Positions 56,105-64,000 of a stretch of DNA of 64,000 bases are shown here, in pieces. The stretch lies in the IMG/VR virus record IMGVR_UViG_3300000553_000004, positions 1 through 64,000 of that record. One strand, written 5' to 3'. Both the position numbers and the translations under genes were made by a program. Position 1 is the stretch's first letter. Each line of letters starts with the position of its first letter. A model generated the notes under the pieces. The model made no database searches. It worked only from the letters and a program-made list of their open reading frames with translations, and was not told where the DNA came from.

Positions 56105-57268
56105 ATGAAGATTAAAAACATTCAAGATATTGTTCGTCCCGAGGGGACTGTAGTATTCGTAACTGGCGTCACCGGTCAAGATGGTAGTCACATGATAGAT
56201 TATCTCATCCGTGAGACAAATGTACATGTTATAGGCGGCGCAAGGCGATTGAGCGTTGAGAATCATATCAATCTACGTCATCTTGAGAATGAATCCAGAT
56301 TTCAATTGGTAAACTTCGATTTAACCGACTCCCATTCAATTTATAAAATCGTAGAACATGCGAAGCCTGATTATTTTATCAATTTCGCGGCTCAAAGTTT
56401 TGTAGCCTCTTCATGGGACTTTGCCCGACAGACTTGGGAATGTAATTCTACGGCTGTATTAGATTGTTTGGAAGCCATCAAAAGACTAGCTCCTAATTGT
56501 AGATTCTATAACGCCGGCTCTTCGGAAGAGTTTGGAAACGTTGCCTATTCACCACAAGATGAAAACCATCCGGCAAGACCCAGAAGCCCTTACGGCGCAT
56601 CTAAATCTGCGGCCAGAACGTTAGTCAAGGTTTATAGGGAATCATATGGTATATACGCTGTACAAGGTTGGTTGTTCAATCACGAAGGAACTCGTCGTGG
56701 CGAAGAATTCGTTACTCGTAAGATTACACAAGCCGTCGCCGGAATCTTCAATGCTATTGCAAATGATACTCCGATAGTTCCCTTAGAACTCGGTAATATC
56801 GATGCTTATCGTGATTGGTCAGATGCTGAAGATGTCATGGATGGGGTATGGAGAATGTTGAATCAGGAAAAATATCTTAATGAAACTATGCAGAAGAATT
56901 TTCATGAAAGAAATCCAGGTAGTAACTGTATAGTTGGTATTGATTTCTCAAGAGGATTCACACCAAAAGATTACGTCGTCGGAACTGGTGAAAAACACAC
57001 CATCAGAGAATTTGTTGAAAAGTCATTTTCTTTGGTAAATTTGAATGGTGAGTGGTCTGGTAAGGGAGTTGACGAAGTTTATACAGTAAATGGACAAATT
57101 TTAATGAAAATTAATCCAAAGTTTTATCGTCCTGCTGAAGTTGAATCATTAATTGCCAATCCTACAAAAATTAAAGAAGAATTGGGTTACGTGTCAAAAA
57201 CTACCTTTGAAGGTCTTGTTGATAAAATGTTGAGTAATGACTTGACACTAATTAAGCCTGTGGTATAA
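56105..57268 (+). CDS. gmd: GDP-mannose 4,6-dehydratase
   Basis: TGVTGQDG, NFAAQSFV, SSEEFG, SPYGASK, FNHE, EEFVTRKI, RDWSDA, RPAEV. Confidence 0.93.
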   Translation: MKIKNIQDIVRPEGTVVFVTGVTGQDGSHMIDYLIRETNVHVIGGARRLSVENHINLRHLENESRFQLVNFDLTDSHSIYKIVEHAKPDYFINFAAQSFVASSWDFARQTWECNSTAVLDCLEAIKRLAPNCRFYNAGSSEEFGNVAYSPQDENHPARPRSPYGASKSAARTLVKVYRESYGIYAVQGWLFNHEGTRRGEEFVTRKITQAVAGIFNAIANDTPIVPLELGNIDAYRDWSDAEDVMDGVWRMLNQEKYLNETMQKNFHERNPGSNCIVGIDFSRGFTPKDYVVGTGEKHTIREFVEKSFSLVNLNGEWSGKGVDEVYTVNGQILMKINPKFYRPAEVESLIANPTKIKEELGYVSKTTFEGLVDKMLSNDLTLIKPVV

Positions 57269-57277
57269 TTCCATCCT

Positions 57278-57928
57278 ATGAAAAGTGGATTAACATATAT
57301 TATATTTGTCATTGACCGCTCTGGTTCAATGAGTTCAATTAGAGCTGACATGATTGGTGGATTTAATACATTCATCAAATCACAACGGGATGCAAACATT
57401 GGCGATTGCCGTGTCTTTGCATATAAATTCGATACCGATTATGAGACTTTGTTCGAAAATCTCGAACTAGCGTCCGTACCAATGTTGACTTATGCCAATT
57501 ATCAACCAAGAGGCGGAACGGCTCTCTATAATTCTCTAGGAAAGACTGTTGTAGATATGGGCATCAAATTGTCCTCATTGCCGGAATCTGAACGTCCTGA
57601 GAAGGTTTTGATTGTTACCATTACCGATGGTGAAGACAATGAGACTCTTGTTAATTACAAGGATGCTAGATTTTCTGCTGAAGACGTCAAGGAAATGACT
57701 AAACATCAAACTGAAAAGTATAAGTGGGATTTCGCTTATATCGGAGCCAATCAAGATGCTTGGTCAGTTGGTAGTTCTATGGGAGTGACTAATAATCTTA
57801 ATTATGTCGCATCGGCGGCTGGAACTGCCGGAGCATTTAAGTCTCTATCCAGTAGTACATTATCATATCGCTCGTCAAATCAAGCATTTGCGTTTGCCGA
57901 CTCAACTCCGCCAAGTAACGTAATTTAA
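57278..57928 (+). CDS. vWA domain protein
   Basis: MIDAS DRSGSM, PRGGTALY, ITDGEDN, YIGAN. Confidence 0.88.
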   Translation: MKSGLTYIIFVIDRSGSMSSIRADMIGGFNTFIKSQRDANIGDCRVFAYKFDTDYETLFENLELASVPMLTYANYQPRGGTALYNSLGKTVVDMGIKLSSLPESERPEKVLIVTITDGEDNETLVNYKDARFSAEDVKEMTKHQTEKYKWDFAYIGANQDAWSVGSSMGVTNNLNYVASAAGTAGAFKSLSSSTLSYRSSNQAFAFADSTPPSNVI

Positions 57929-58104
57929 TCACGATTAAAAAATCGAATAAGTCTATTAAAGAACTGAGACAGGCCCTTAGCGGTAACACGCTTTCGGCCT
58001 GTTTCCTTTTTGTAGAAATCCACAATCGATTTTTCTATTTCAATTTGAATTACCGTCATATCTCCATTACGTATTTCTATTATTCGATTGGTGTATTTTT
58101 TCAT
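57925..58104 (-). CDS. small basic protein (59 aa)
   Basis: MKKYTNRIIEIRNG...FYKKETGRKRVT; not in ORF track. Confidence 0.55.
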   Translation of the reverse strand: MKKYTNRIIEIRNGDMTVIQIEIEKSIVDFYKKETGRKRVTAKGLSQFFNRLIRFFNRD

Positions 58105-58135
58105 AACTTATTTTAATTAATAATTAGTTCAATGC

Positions 58136-58175
58136 AAAAACAAACCCCTGTTATTTCTAACAGAGGTTTGTTTTT
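58136..58175. terminator. intrinsic terminator
   Basis: AAAAACAAACC.CTGTTA / TAACAG.GGTTTGTTTTT. Confidence 0.75.
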
Positions 58176-58197
58176 GTTATATTGAGAAGACTGCTCC

Positions 58198-58884
58198 CTA
58201 TGCCATAGAACTCTCAACGGTAGCTAAGTGTGGGAGATGTGCCTTCCACGTAGGGTGTTTAATATCACGAATCATTTCCATCGCCGTCATCGACTTAGGA
58301 GCCTTCGGTTGACGAATCAACTTCAACCCAATTTCATGATTGAATTTGTTGCCCTTCTTGGAATTGATTTCCTTAGAAGTAAGCGCCAAATTCTCCCACA
58401 CGTCCCTACCACCCCTAGACTTAGGTGTAATATGGTCGACCGTGGCTTCGTCCCTGTTCAAGTGTTTGCCGGTGTATTGGTCAACGCCGCCGTCTCGGAG
58501 GTAAATTGCATCGTTAGATGGTTTGCCTCTGAAACTCTTACGAGGCATCTTGTGATAGTTTTTTGCAATCAAAACAGTAGGAGCTCTCATAATCTTCTGA
58601 CCTTGATTTCCGTAATGGATTGCGTCTTGCATTTCCCATGAACGGACGGGCAATTGAATCCACTCTGTCCAGTTTACTGGTCTGGCGGTAAGTGGTTCAT
58701 TCAAAGGCGAACCATGTTCGTCTAAGATATAATTGCCATTTTCATCCTGTTCGTAAATAAAATCCAATGCTAGAGCAGATTCACCCGCGGCTAAATCTAC
58801 AATTGCCTTTGCAACTGTGGAGATGCCTACTGCCTGCCAGCCTGAATTTAACTTCAAGACGATTGTTCTGTTGATTACACTCAT
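58198..58884 (-). CDS. HNH endonuclease (McrA-like)
   Basis: VLKLN, IYLRD..DQYTG, TVDHITPKSRGG..WENL..N.KKGN. Confidence 0.88.
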   Translation of the reverse strand: MSVINRTIVLKLNSGWQAVGISTVAKAIVDLAAGESALALDFIYEQDENGNYILDEHGSPLNEPLTARPVNWTEWIQLPVRSWEMQDAIHYGNQGQKIMRAPTVLIAKNYHKMPRKSFRGKPSNDAIYLRDGGVDQYTGKHLNRDEATVDHITPKSRGGRDVWENLALTSKEINSKKGNKFNHEIGLKLIRQPKAPKSMTAMEMIRDIKHPTWKAHLPHLATVESSMA

Positions 58885-58985
58885 ATTATTGTTTCGTTTA
58901 TTGTTCTATCTCATATGTTTATGTTTATTTTTATTTTAAACTTACCCCAAGATTCTACCACGTTTACTATTATTGTCAAGCGTAA

Positions 58986-59606
58986 TTATAAAATCACGTC
59001 CACCAGACCATAATCCAGACACGTTTTTGCATCCATACACAAATCGTGACTCAGAATATCATCTAGTTCCGAAAATTCAAATTTGGTTTTCTTTAAATAA
59101 ACCCCCTTGATTAAATTCATTAATAATTCAAGATTTTTGATTTCATCTTTGAATTGCATATAATTTCCCCACAGTCCGGAACTGACTTGATGAACCAACA
59201 TACATGAACTTTTTGTTATGTATCGTCTTGCGCCTACCGATGATATCAAAGTGGCTGCCGACGCTACCATGCCTTCACAGTATGTATCAATCGGAATAGG
59301 ATTATCAACGATTTTATCAACAGCTGACATACCGGCGAATATATCTCCGCCATCACTACAAATATGAATTTCAATCCTCGGTGGTTCTGGTAAATTCAAA
59401 CTAAACTGAATCATTTTCATCTGCCTAGTCAAGTCGTCAATTTGTCTTATTAAATTGAGAACGCTATCTTTATTTACTTCACTATAGAAATAAATCCTAT
59501 TACCAATAGGCGAAGATTCGTAAGACTTTTCCAATGTGATAATCTTTGGAGACTCATCAGCATCAACCTCACCGCCGTTGTTTTGATATTTCCAGTTACT
59601 TCTCAT
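58986..59606 (-). CDS. ClpP-like serine protease
   Basis: ICSDGGD, GMVASAAT (Ser), LVHQ (His), A..CLDYGLVD. Confidence 0.82.
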   Translation of the reverse strand: MRSNWKYQNNGGEVDADESPKIITLEKSYESSPIGNRIYFYSEVNKDSVLNLIRQIDDLTRQMKMIQFSLNLPEPPRIEIHICSDGGDIFAGMSAVDKIVDNPIPIDTYCEGMVASAATLISSVGARRYITKSSCMLVHQVSSGLWGNYMQFKDEIKNLELLMNLIKGVYLKKTKFEFSELDDILSHDLCMDAKTCLDYGLVDVIL

Positions 59607-59622
59607 ATCAATAAATAGAAAG

Positions 59623-59649
59623 CCCGTAGTGAAATGTATCCACTACGGG
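59623..59649 (-). terminator. hairpin, probable terminator
   Basis: CCCGTAGTG / CACTACGGG followed on minus strand by T-rich run. Confidence 0.6.
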
Positions 59650-59674
59650 TTGTTACGCCAATTTTAATTTCAAA

Positions 59675-60529
59675 CTACTTTAAATCGCAAGATTTATGGA
59701 TAGTTAGTGCGCCATTCTCATAAATGGCGTAGTTTTGAGAGCCAGGATGAGTATCAAGACACAGATTATATGACGTAGTTTCCGTCAAAGTTGGGGTGAA
59801 AAGAAATTTATCACCTAATGTTGTATTAATGCTAACATCCCCCATAGGGAGGACTCCATATTGGTCTGCCCCATGCGCTACTACCACCCACTTCACCGAA
59901 CGTTGTGGTGTATGTCCAACAATTTGATGGATGCCTCTGATTGGGCCAAACTCTTGATTCCAGTCACACCACAATAATCCTCCATAATTGCATGAACGGT
60001 ACGACCGAGAGAATCCAGCGCAAGTGAACCAGTGTTCTTCATTTGCATACAGATTCTTTATCGCTTGAATTGAATCTCGCTCTAATTTTTCAACAACATC
60101 ACTTAATTTAGCTTTGGTAATTGTTGAAGAATTTAAACTATCAGGATTAATCCAAGACGGATGGACGCCCGCATGACTTAATAACCATTTATTGTCGAGG
60201 ACGTGAAAAAACTTTAATTTTTCCCAATCTTCTATGGTAACGATGTCATTTATGGCAATAGATTTAAAATCGGTATAACCAGAACACCGAGTTCGAAAAT
60301 TCTTATTGAACCAATAATGTGAGTCGTGATTTCCGCATAGATGGATTCGATTTTTCGTATTGATGGATTGAACGAACCATTTAGCTACGTCTGAAATTAT
60401 ATCGACGTCATCATGAAAATCATCAAAATAATCGCCCAAAAATATTGTCATATCTGGGGCGACTTTTGATATAATATTTTCAACCAAATTACATCGGTTG
60501 TGTACATCAGGTAGTATTAGATATTTCAT
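59675..60529 (-). CDS. calcineurin-like metallophosphoesterase
   Basis: DVH, GDYFD, GNHD, SHAG, VGHT. Confidence 0.9.
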   Translation of the reverse strand: MKYLILPDVHNRCNLVENIISKVAPDMTIFLGDYFDDFHDDVDIISDVAKWFVQSINTKNRIHLCGNHDSHYWFNKNFRTRCSGYTDFKSIAINDIVTIEDWEKLKFFHVLDNKWLLSHAGVHPSWINPDSLNSSTITKAKLSDVVEKLERDSIQAIKNLYANEEHWFTCAGFSRSYRSCNYGGLLWCDWNQEFGPIRGIHQIVGHTPQRSVKWVVVAHGADQYGVLPMGDVSINTTLGDKFLFTPTLTETTSYNLCLDTHPGSQNYAIYENGALTIHKSCDLK

Positions 60530-60568
60530 AATCTATTATTATAACACAACCATCGTAGAAGTCAAGCT

Positions 60569-60748
60569 TCAGAGTCCTGGTCCTTGGCCGCCGTCTCCGG
60601 GCCCCCACCAACTACCGTGGTCTTGAAACATTCCATCGCCAAATTGTTTTGGTTTCCTTGGTCGGCCTGGACTTTTCTTTCTCTTAATTGGATTGGCTAA
60701 CCAATATGTTAATCCGACTATAGTTATGACAGATAATATTATTTCCAT
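60569..60748 (-). CDS. 59 aa membrane-anchored AT-hook peptide
   Basis: MEIILSVITIVGLTYWLA + KRKKSPGRPRKPK; not in ORF track. Confidence 0.6.
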   Translation of the reverse strand: MEIILSVITIVGLTYWLANPIKRKKSPGRPRKPKQFGDGMFQDHGSWWGPGDGGQGPGL

Positions 60749-60752
60749 AATT

Positions 60753-61253
60753 TTACAAGGTTATTATTAATTTCTTTTCTTTCTTTTCCCAACCGGCTTT
60801 GTTCATGTCTTCTTCGGTCATGATACTAATATCATCGTCAGACTGCATGAATAGAACACAAATTTGATTTTGTTTTAGTTTTTCCTGTCTCGGGTGAAGA
60901 ACTTGATTGGCAATGGCTCTTTGCATCATTTGAATACGTATCGGGTCTTGAACATTAAGTTTAATCAATACGACTGAATTTTTTGGAAGATTATCGAAGT
61001 CAATTGTATTACCCCACTTCACTATGCTCTCTATTCCTACTGGTGGAGTAGTGTCATCTGGTAGTTGCCATGTTTTTGTTACATCCCCACCTGGCATATG
61101 CGCAATATGCTTAGGTTGCCATACCACTCCCAATTCTTCACTATGAATCCACTGTCCTTTATCTGTTTGAGATTTTTCATTTAGTTCATCGATGAGTTTT
61201 ATAACTCGTTCCGACGCCGTTTGTTTTTCTGGCTTTGGTGTAATATTTTTCAT
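60753..61253 (-). CDS. hypothetical protein
   Basis: 166 aa ORF. Confidence 0.6.
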   Translation of the reverse strand: MKNITPKPEKQTASERVIKLIDELNEKSQTDKGQWIHSEELGVVWQPKHIAHMPGGDVTKTWQLPDDTTPPVGIESIVKWGNTIDFDNLPKNSVVLIKLNVQDPIRIQMMQRAIANQVLHPRQEKLKQNQICVLFMQSDDDISIMTEEDMNKAGWEKKEKKLIITL

Positions 61254-61256
61254 AAA

Positions 61257-61727
61257 TTACTTGACAATTACTTTATCAACTTCTTGACTGGTAGGTCGTT
61301 CATACTTGGCTACAAATCTATCGATAATTTCGTTTCCAACGTGTCTTTCACGTTGCGCATCTCTGCGGTAGAGTTCTTCCTTCGGAACTTCAAATGCCAC
61401 GGCGATAATGTAGGCTCCGGCGCCACGTCCCATGTTAATCCAATCTTTACGTGACTTCCTATTAACGTTGGTAGCATCAATCATGGCGCTTTTATCAGCC
61501 TTTAGAGTCTCCGACACCTTACGTCGTGCGATACCAAATGCAGCCGCTGAGACTGACTGGTCAGCTTCTCCTGAACCTATCTTAGCTCGGATTGCATCGG
61601 TAGAGACGTATTCAATGTTATTCTCTTCGGAAAATTTCTTTCCCCAAGTAGATTTACCACTTGCAGGTGGCCCCACGAGAAGGATTAGTGCCTTTTTCTT
61701 TTGTCCGCCTATTTCTAATTTATTCAT
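61257..61727 (-). CDS. P-loop polynucleotide-kinase-like protein (AAA_33 type)
   Basis: GPPASGKST, STDAIR, IDATN, RDAQR. Confidence 0.85.
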   Translation of the reverse strand: MNKLEIGGQKKKALILLVGPPASGKSTWGKKFSEENNIEYVSTDAIRAKIGSGEADQSVSAAAFGIARRKVSETLKADKSAMIDATNVNRKSRKDWINMGRGAGAYIIAVAFEVPKEELYRRDAQRERHVGNEIIDRFVAKYERPTSQEVDKVIVK

Positions 61728-62076
61728 TGAGTAATTGGGTTTTGTCTCTGTAATTTGTTAAGAGACTTTGTATATTTATTTTACCAACAGGATTCATCGA
61801 ATGGACTTGAAAGTCTGGCAATGGTTGTTCAGTCTTCATACAAAATTCGACTAACCATTTCGCACAGTCATATCCTGTCTTTTCTGTGTATTGACTTACA
61901 TTTGGATTGCCGTAATGTTCCCATGCCAAATCGTGGTCAAATGATATGAATTGAGGAAGTCCCTTTTTAAGTATCAGACGAACGAATTGGTTATAGTCCC
62001 TAGCCGTTTCCCACACACGAATATCTTGCAGGAATTTATTAGCATCACGAACATCATCTAAAAATAAATTATACAT
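61720..62076 (-). CDS. cyclic-phosphate-processing receiver-like domain protein
   Basis: LFLDDVR, ISFDHDL, TGYDCAKWL, HSMNPVG. Confidence 0.8.
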   Translation of the reverse strand: MYNLFLDDVRDANKFLQDIRVWETARDYNQFVRLILKKGLPQFISFDHDLAWEHYGNPNVSQYTEKTGYDCAKWLVEFCMKTEQPLPDFQVHSMNPVGKINIQSLLTNYRDKTQLLNE

Positions 62077-62104
62077 ACTTTACTATATCAGTTGAATACA
62101 ACCA

Positions 62105-62110
62105 TGTCAA
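62105..62110 (-). promoter_or_regulatory. -35 box of sigma70-type promoter (TTGACA-17-TATAGT, 62082-62110)
   Basis: Minus-strand consensus match before 61720-62076. Confidence 0.55.
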
Positions 62111-62115
62111 CTTAA

Positions 62116-63168
62116 TTATTGTTTATAATTTTGGTTGATTAATTTCAAGCTCCACTCCTTCCCTATGGAGGGGGAATAGAAAGGAATTGTCGGGGCTACT
62201 ACCATCCCCTCAGCCGGTTTACCGTTTGTAGACCAGACTTGTGAATCTGCCAATTGTCTAAAATATTCTATGTTATGAATAGTTTTATCAAATTGACAAA
62301 CTTCTATAATATCCACCATCGGCAATTGTAACTGTTCACACATAGCCTTCAAATCATAGAATCCCAAGATTTCTCTCTTATCCAAATCCTTGATTCTAAA
62401 TACACGGATTTCCGGTTCTTTTAACTCCATAGTATTACCATTGAGTTTAGGTCCGATAGACTCTGCTTGAATGGCTAAATTTTTACCAAGGGCAATTAAC
62501 TTGTTCTTTATGTCGTATTTTGTAACAGAAAACCAGGGAAATCCACTACCCTCTTTCAATTCAAATCTACGAGAACAGGCTTTAAATTCTCCACCAGAAA
62601 AATTCGGATTGGTATTATAAATGAATGTGGTACTACTACCATCAGTCTTTTGGGTGATATAAATCTCTTTACCGTGTAATTCCTCTAAAGATTTGGAATT
62701 ACTTAACATATTATCCTCATCGGAGATGGAAATGAGACTGGTAGGAAATCCTCCAGCAGCATCACCTCGGGTAGATAAATCGAGCGGTCGTTCGTATTTT
62801 GTTATACCAAGTATTTCAGAAACATCGTCACCTTCTTCGGCAATTATTTCACGTTCATTACCATCACCATCAAACCCAACACGTTCAGGTAAAATTGAAA
62901 TCGGACAAACCAATCCACTCGAAGGCGCTCCCTTGAATCTAGCATTCCAAATTCTGAATTTTTGTCGTCTCATGAACTCAAAGTAAGGATTACTCTCGGG
63001 TACAATAGAATCGATGGCAATAAAAACCACTAACTCACCATCCTTATATTGACCTTTCGGTATTACCACAGGCCATTCCATAACTTTACCAACTTCAAGC
63101 TTTTCAACATCCTCATTAGGATGTCTCTGAATTGAGTGTAATCTCTGTATTGTCGCTAATTTGTTCAT
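62116..63168 (-). CDS. ATP-dependent RNA ligase (Rnl2-like)
   Basis: TQKTDGSS (motif I), CSRR, QAE..G, EGMV, LKLIN..Y. Confidence 0.88.
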   Translation of the reverse strand: MNKLATIQRLHSIQRHPNEDVEKLEVGKVMEWPVVIPKGQYKDGELVVFIAIDSIVPESNPYFEFMRRQKFRIWNARFKGAPSSGLVCPISILPERVGFDGDGNEREIIAEEGDDVSEILGITKYERPLDLSTRGDAAGGFPTSLISISDEDNMLSNSKSLEELHGKEIYITQKTDGSSTTFIYNTNPNFSGGEFKACSRRFELKEGSGFPWFSVTKYDIKNKLIALGKNLAIQAESIGPKLNGNTMELKEPEIRVFRIKDLDKREILGFYDLKAMCEQLQLPMVDIIEVCQFDKTIHNIEYFRQLADSQVWSTNGKPAEGMVVAPTIPFYSPSIGKEWSLKLINQNYKQ

Positions 63169-63169
63169 A

Positions 63170-63823
63170 TCAATATTTACAATATCTTTTCTCGTATTTA
63201 ACTAAAGGTGTGATTAGATTATATCTATCATCCTTTTGTAATTCCATCACAAAGAATTGAGCGTTCCTCGGATTTCTCAAAAACTCAAATTCTTCAACGG
63301 TCATGTGGAACCACCTCATCAAGAATACTCTTAGGGTCATACCATGCGTCACTATTATACAATTTTTGGCGCAATTCGGTTTTTTAAAATCTCGGTGTAA
63401 TGTTTCAAGAAATGTACTAACTCTATCAAATACATCTGCGCAACTTTCTCCACCATGAAATCTATAATAAAAATGACCAAAGGCATTTCTCTCTTCTTCG
63501 GTGTCGTAGTCATATCCACTAGCTCTTATTTTACCACACCATTCTTGTTCACGTATTCTTGGGTCTTCTCTTTTGTCTTTCAAATTCAAAAGAAACGGTT
63601 CTATACATTCAAACGTCTGTCTCGTTCTGTAAAATGGAGAAACGTATGCGGTCGACGTTTCTTTACCAATTATTTTACAAATCTCACTTCCAGCTTCCGT
63701 CGCTTGTAATTTTCCCTTGTCGGTAAGATTAACAGCATAATCGGGTTTGGTTTTATAAATCTCTTTACTTACATTACCTTCCGATTCAGCATGACGTAAT
63801 AATATAATTCTTTTAGGCTTCAT
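63170..63823 (-). CDS. histidine phosphatase (phosphoglycerate mutase-like)
   Basis: LLRHAES, SPFYRTRQT, IREQE, GES, VTHG. Confidence 0.9.
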   Translation of the reverse strand: MKPKRIILLRHAESEGNVSKEIYKTKPDYAVNLTDKGKLQATEAGSEICKIIGKETSTAYVSPFYRTRQTFECIEPFLLNLKDKREDPRIREQEWCGKIRASGYDYDTEEERNAFGHFYYRFHGGESCADVFDRVSTFLETLHRDFKKPNCAKNCIIVTHGMTLRVFLMRWFHMTVEEFEFLRNPRNAQFFVMELQKDDRYNLITPLVKYEKRYCKY

Positions 63824-64000
63824 CTTCTTTACTCTCTCCGATGTCTTGCATCAATCTTTTGTTTATTTTCGTCGATAAAAATTCCACTTCAAATGGATTT
63901 GGGTTATTCAATAAATCACTCGGCTTACCATATCCATCAAGGTTGGTCTTCAACAAATAATACACACACTGAACGTGTAGATGTTCGAATACATTACCAT
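63813..64000 (-). CDS. 3' end of hypothetical protein (truncated)
   Basis: Open frame to TAA at 63813-63815 overlapping phosphatase start. Confidence 0.5.
   Translation of the reverse strand, partial: GNVFEHLHVQCVYYLLKTNLDGYGKPSDLLNNPNPFEVEFLSTKINKRLMQDIGESKEDEA

Noticed and set aside
57837-58025. 62 aa ORF-track call on minus strand
   Set aside because: A different frame (57925-58104) gives a better-positioned ORF with an ATG after the terminator
793-63709. Numerous antisense/alternate-frame ORFs of 60-170 aa in the track
   Set aside because: They lie opposite well-supported genes, are hydrophobic shadows of AT-rich codon bias and have no motifs
1-64000. Genome-wide stop codon reassignment
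   Set aside because: Long genes are intact in code 11 and end in TAA, TGA or TAG; only one in-frame stop in a conserved gene was seen
1-64000. CRISPR array, tRNA, rRNA, DGR template/variable repeats
   Set aside because: No intergenic gap above ~300 nt, no spaced direct repeats, no T-loop/cloverleaf and no reverse transcriptase seen by eye

Overview
A gene-dense, AT-rich 64 kb segment of a large lytic dsDNA bacteriophage (T4-like/jumbo-phage gene repertoire), standard code 11. It contains: (1) replication/recombination and nucleotide genes (gp32-like SSB, RecA/UvsX, 5'-3' exonuclease, DnaB-like helicase, class II RNR NrdJ, dNMP kinase, dUTPase, family B polymerase, sliding clamp, two clamp-loader subunits, SF2 helicase); (2) three Mom/DUF4338(DruA)-like proteins within 7.5 kb; (3) an 11 kb minus-strand glycosyltransferase/methyltransferase operon plus a distal GT and gmd; (4) four free-standing homing endonucleases and two HNH-type proteins; (5) a block of probable capsid-internal, protease-processed proteins with repeated novel domains; (6) an RNA end-healing/ligation operon. 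Most unusual signals: a 6-nt stop-containing insertion in the first catalytic motif of the 5' exonuclease, a short basic ORF overlapping two unrelated homing endonucleases in the same relative frame, a fixed-spacing MTAYTTATW motif 3-5 nt before late-gene ATGs (suggesting leaderless mRNAs), and apparent absence of GATC. No tRNA, rRNA or CRISPR array was seen. All family assignments are by eye from motifs; no database search was run.
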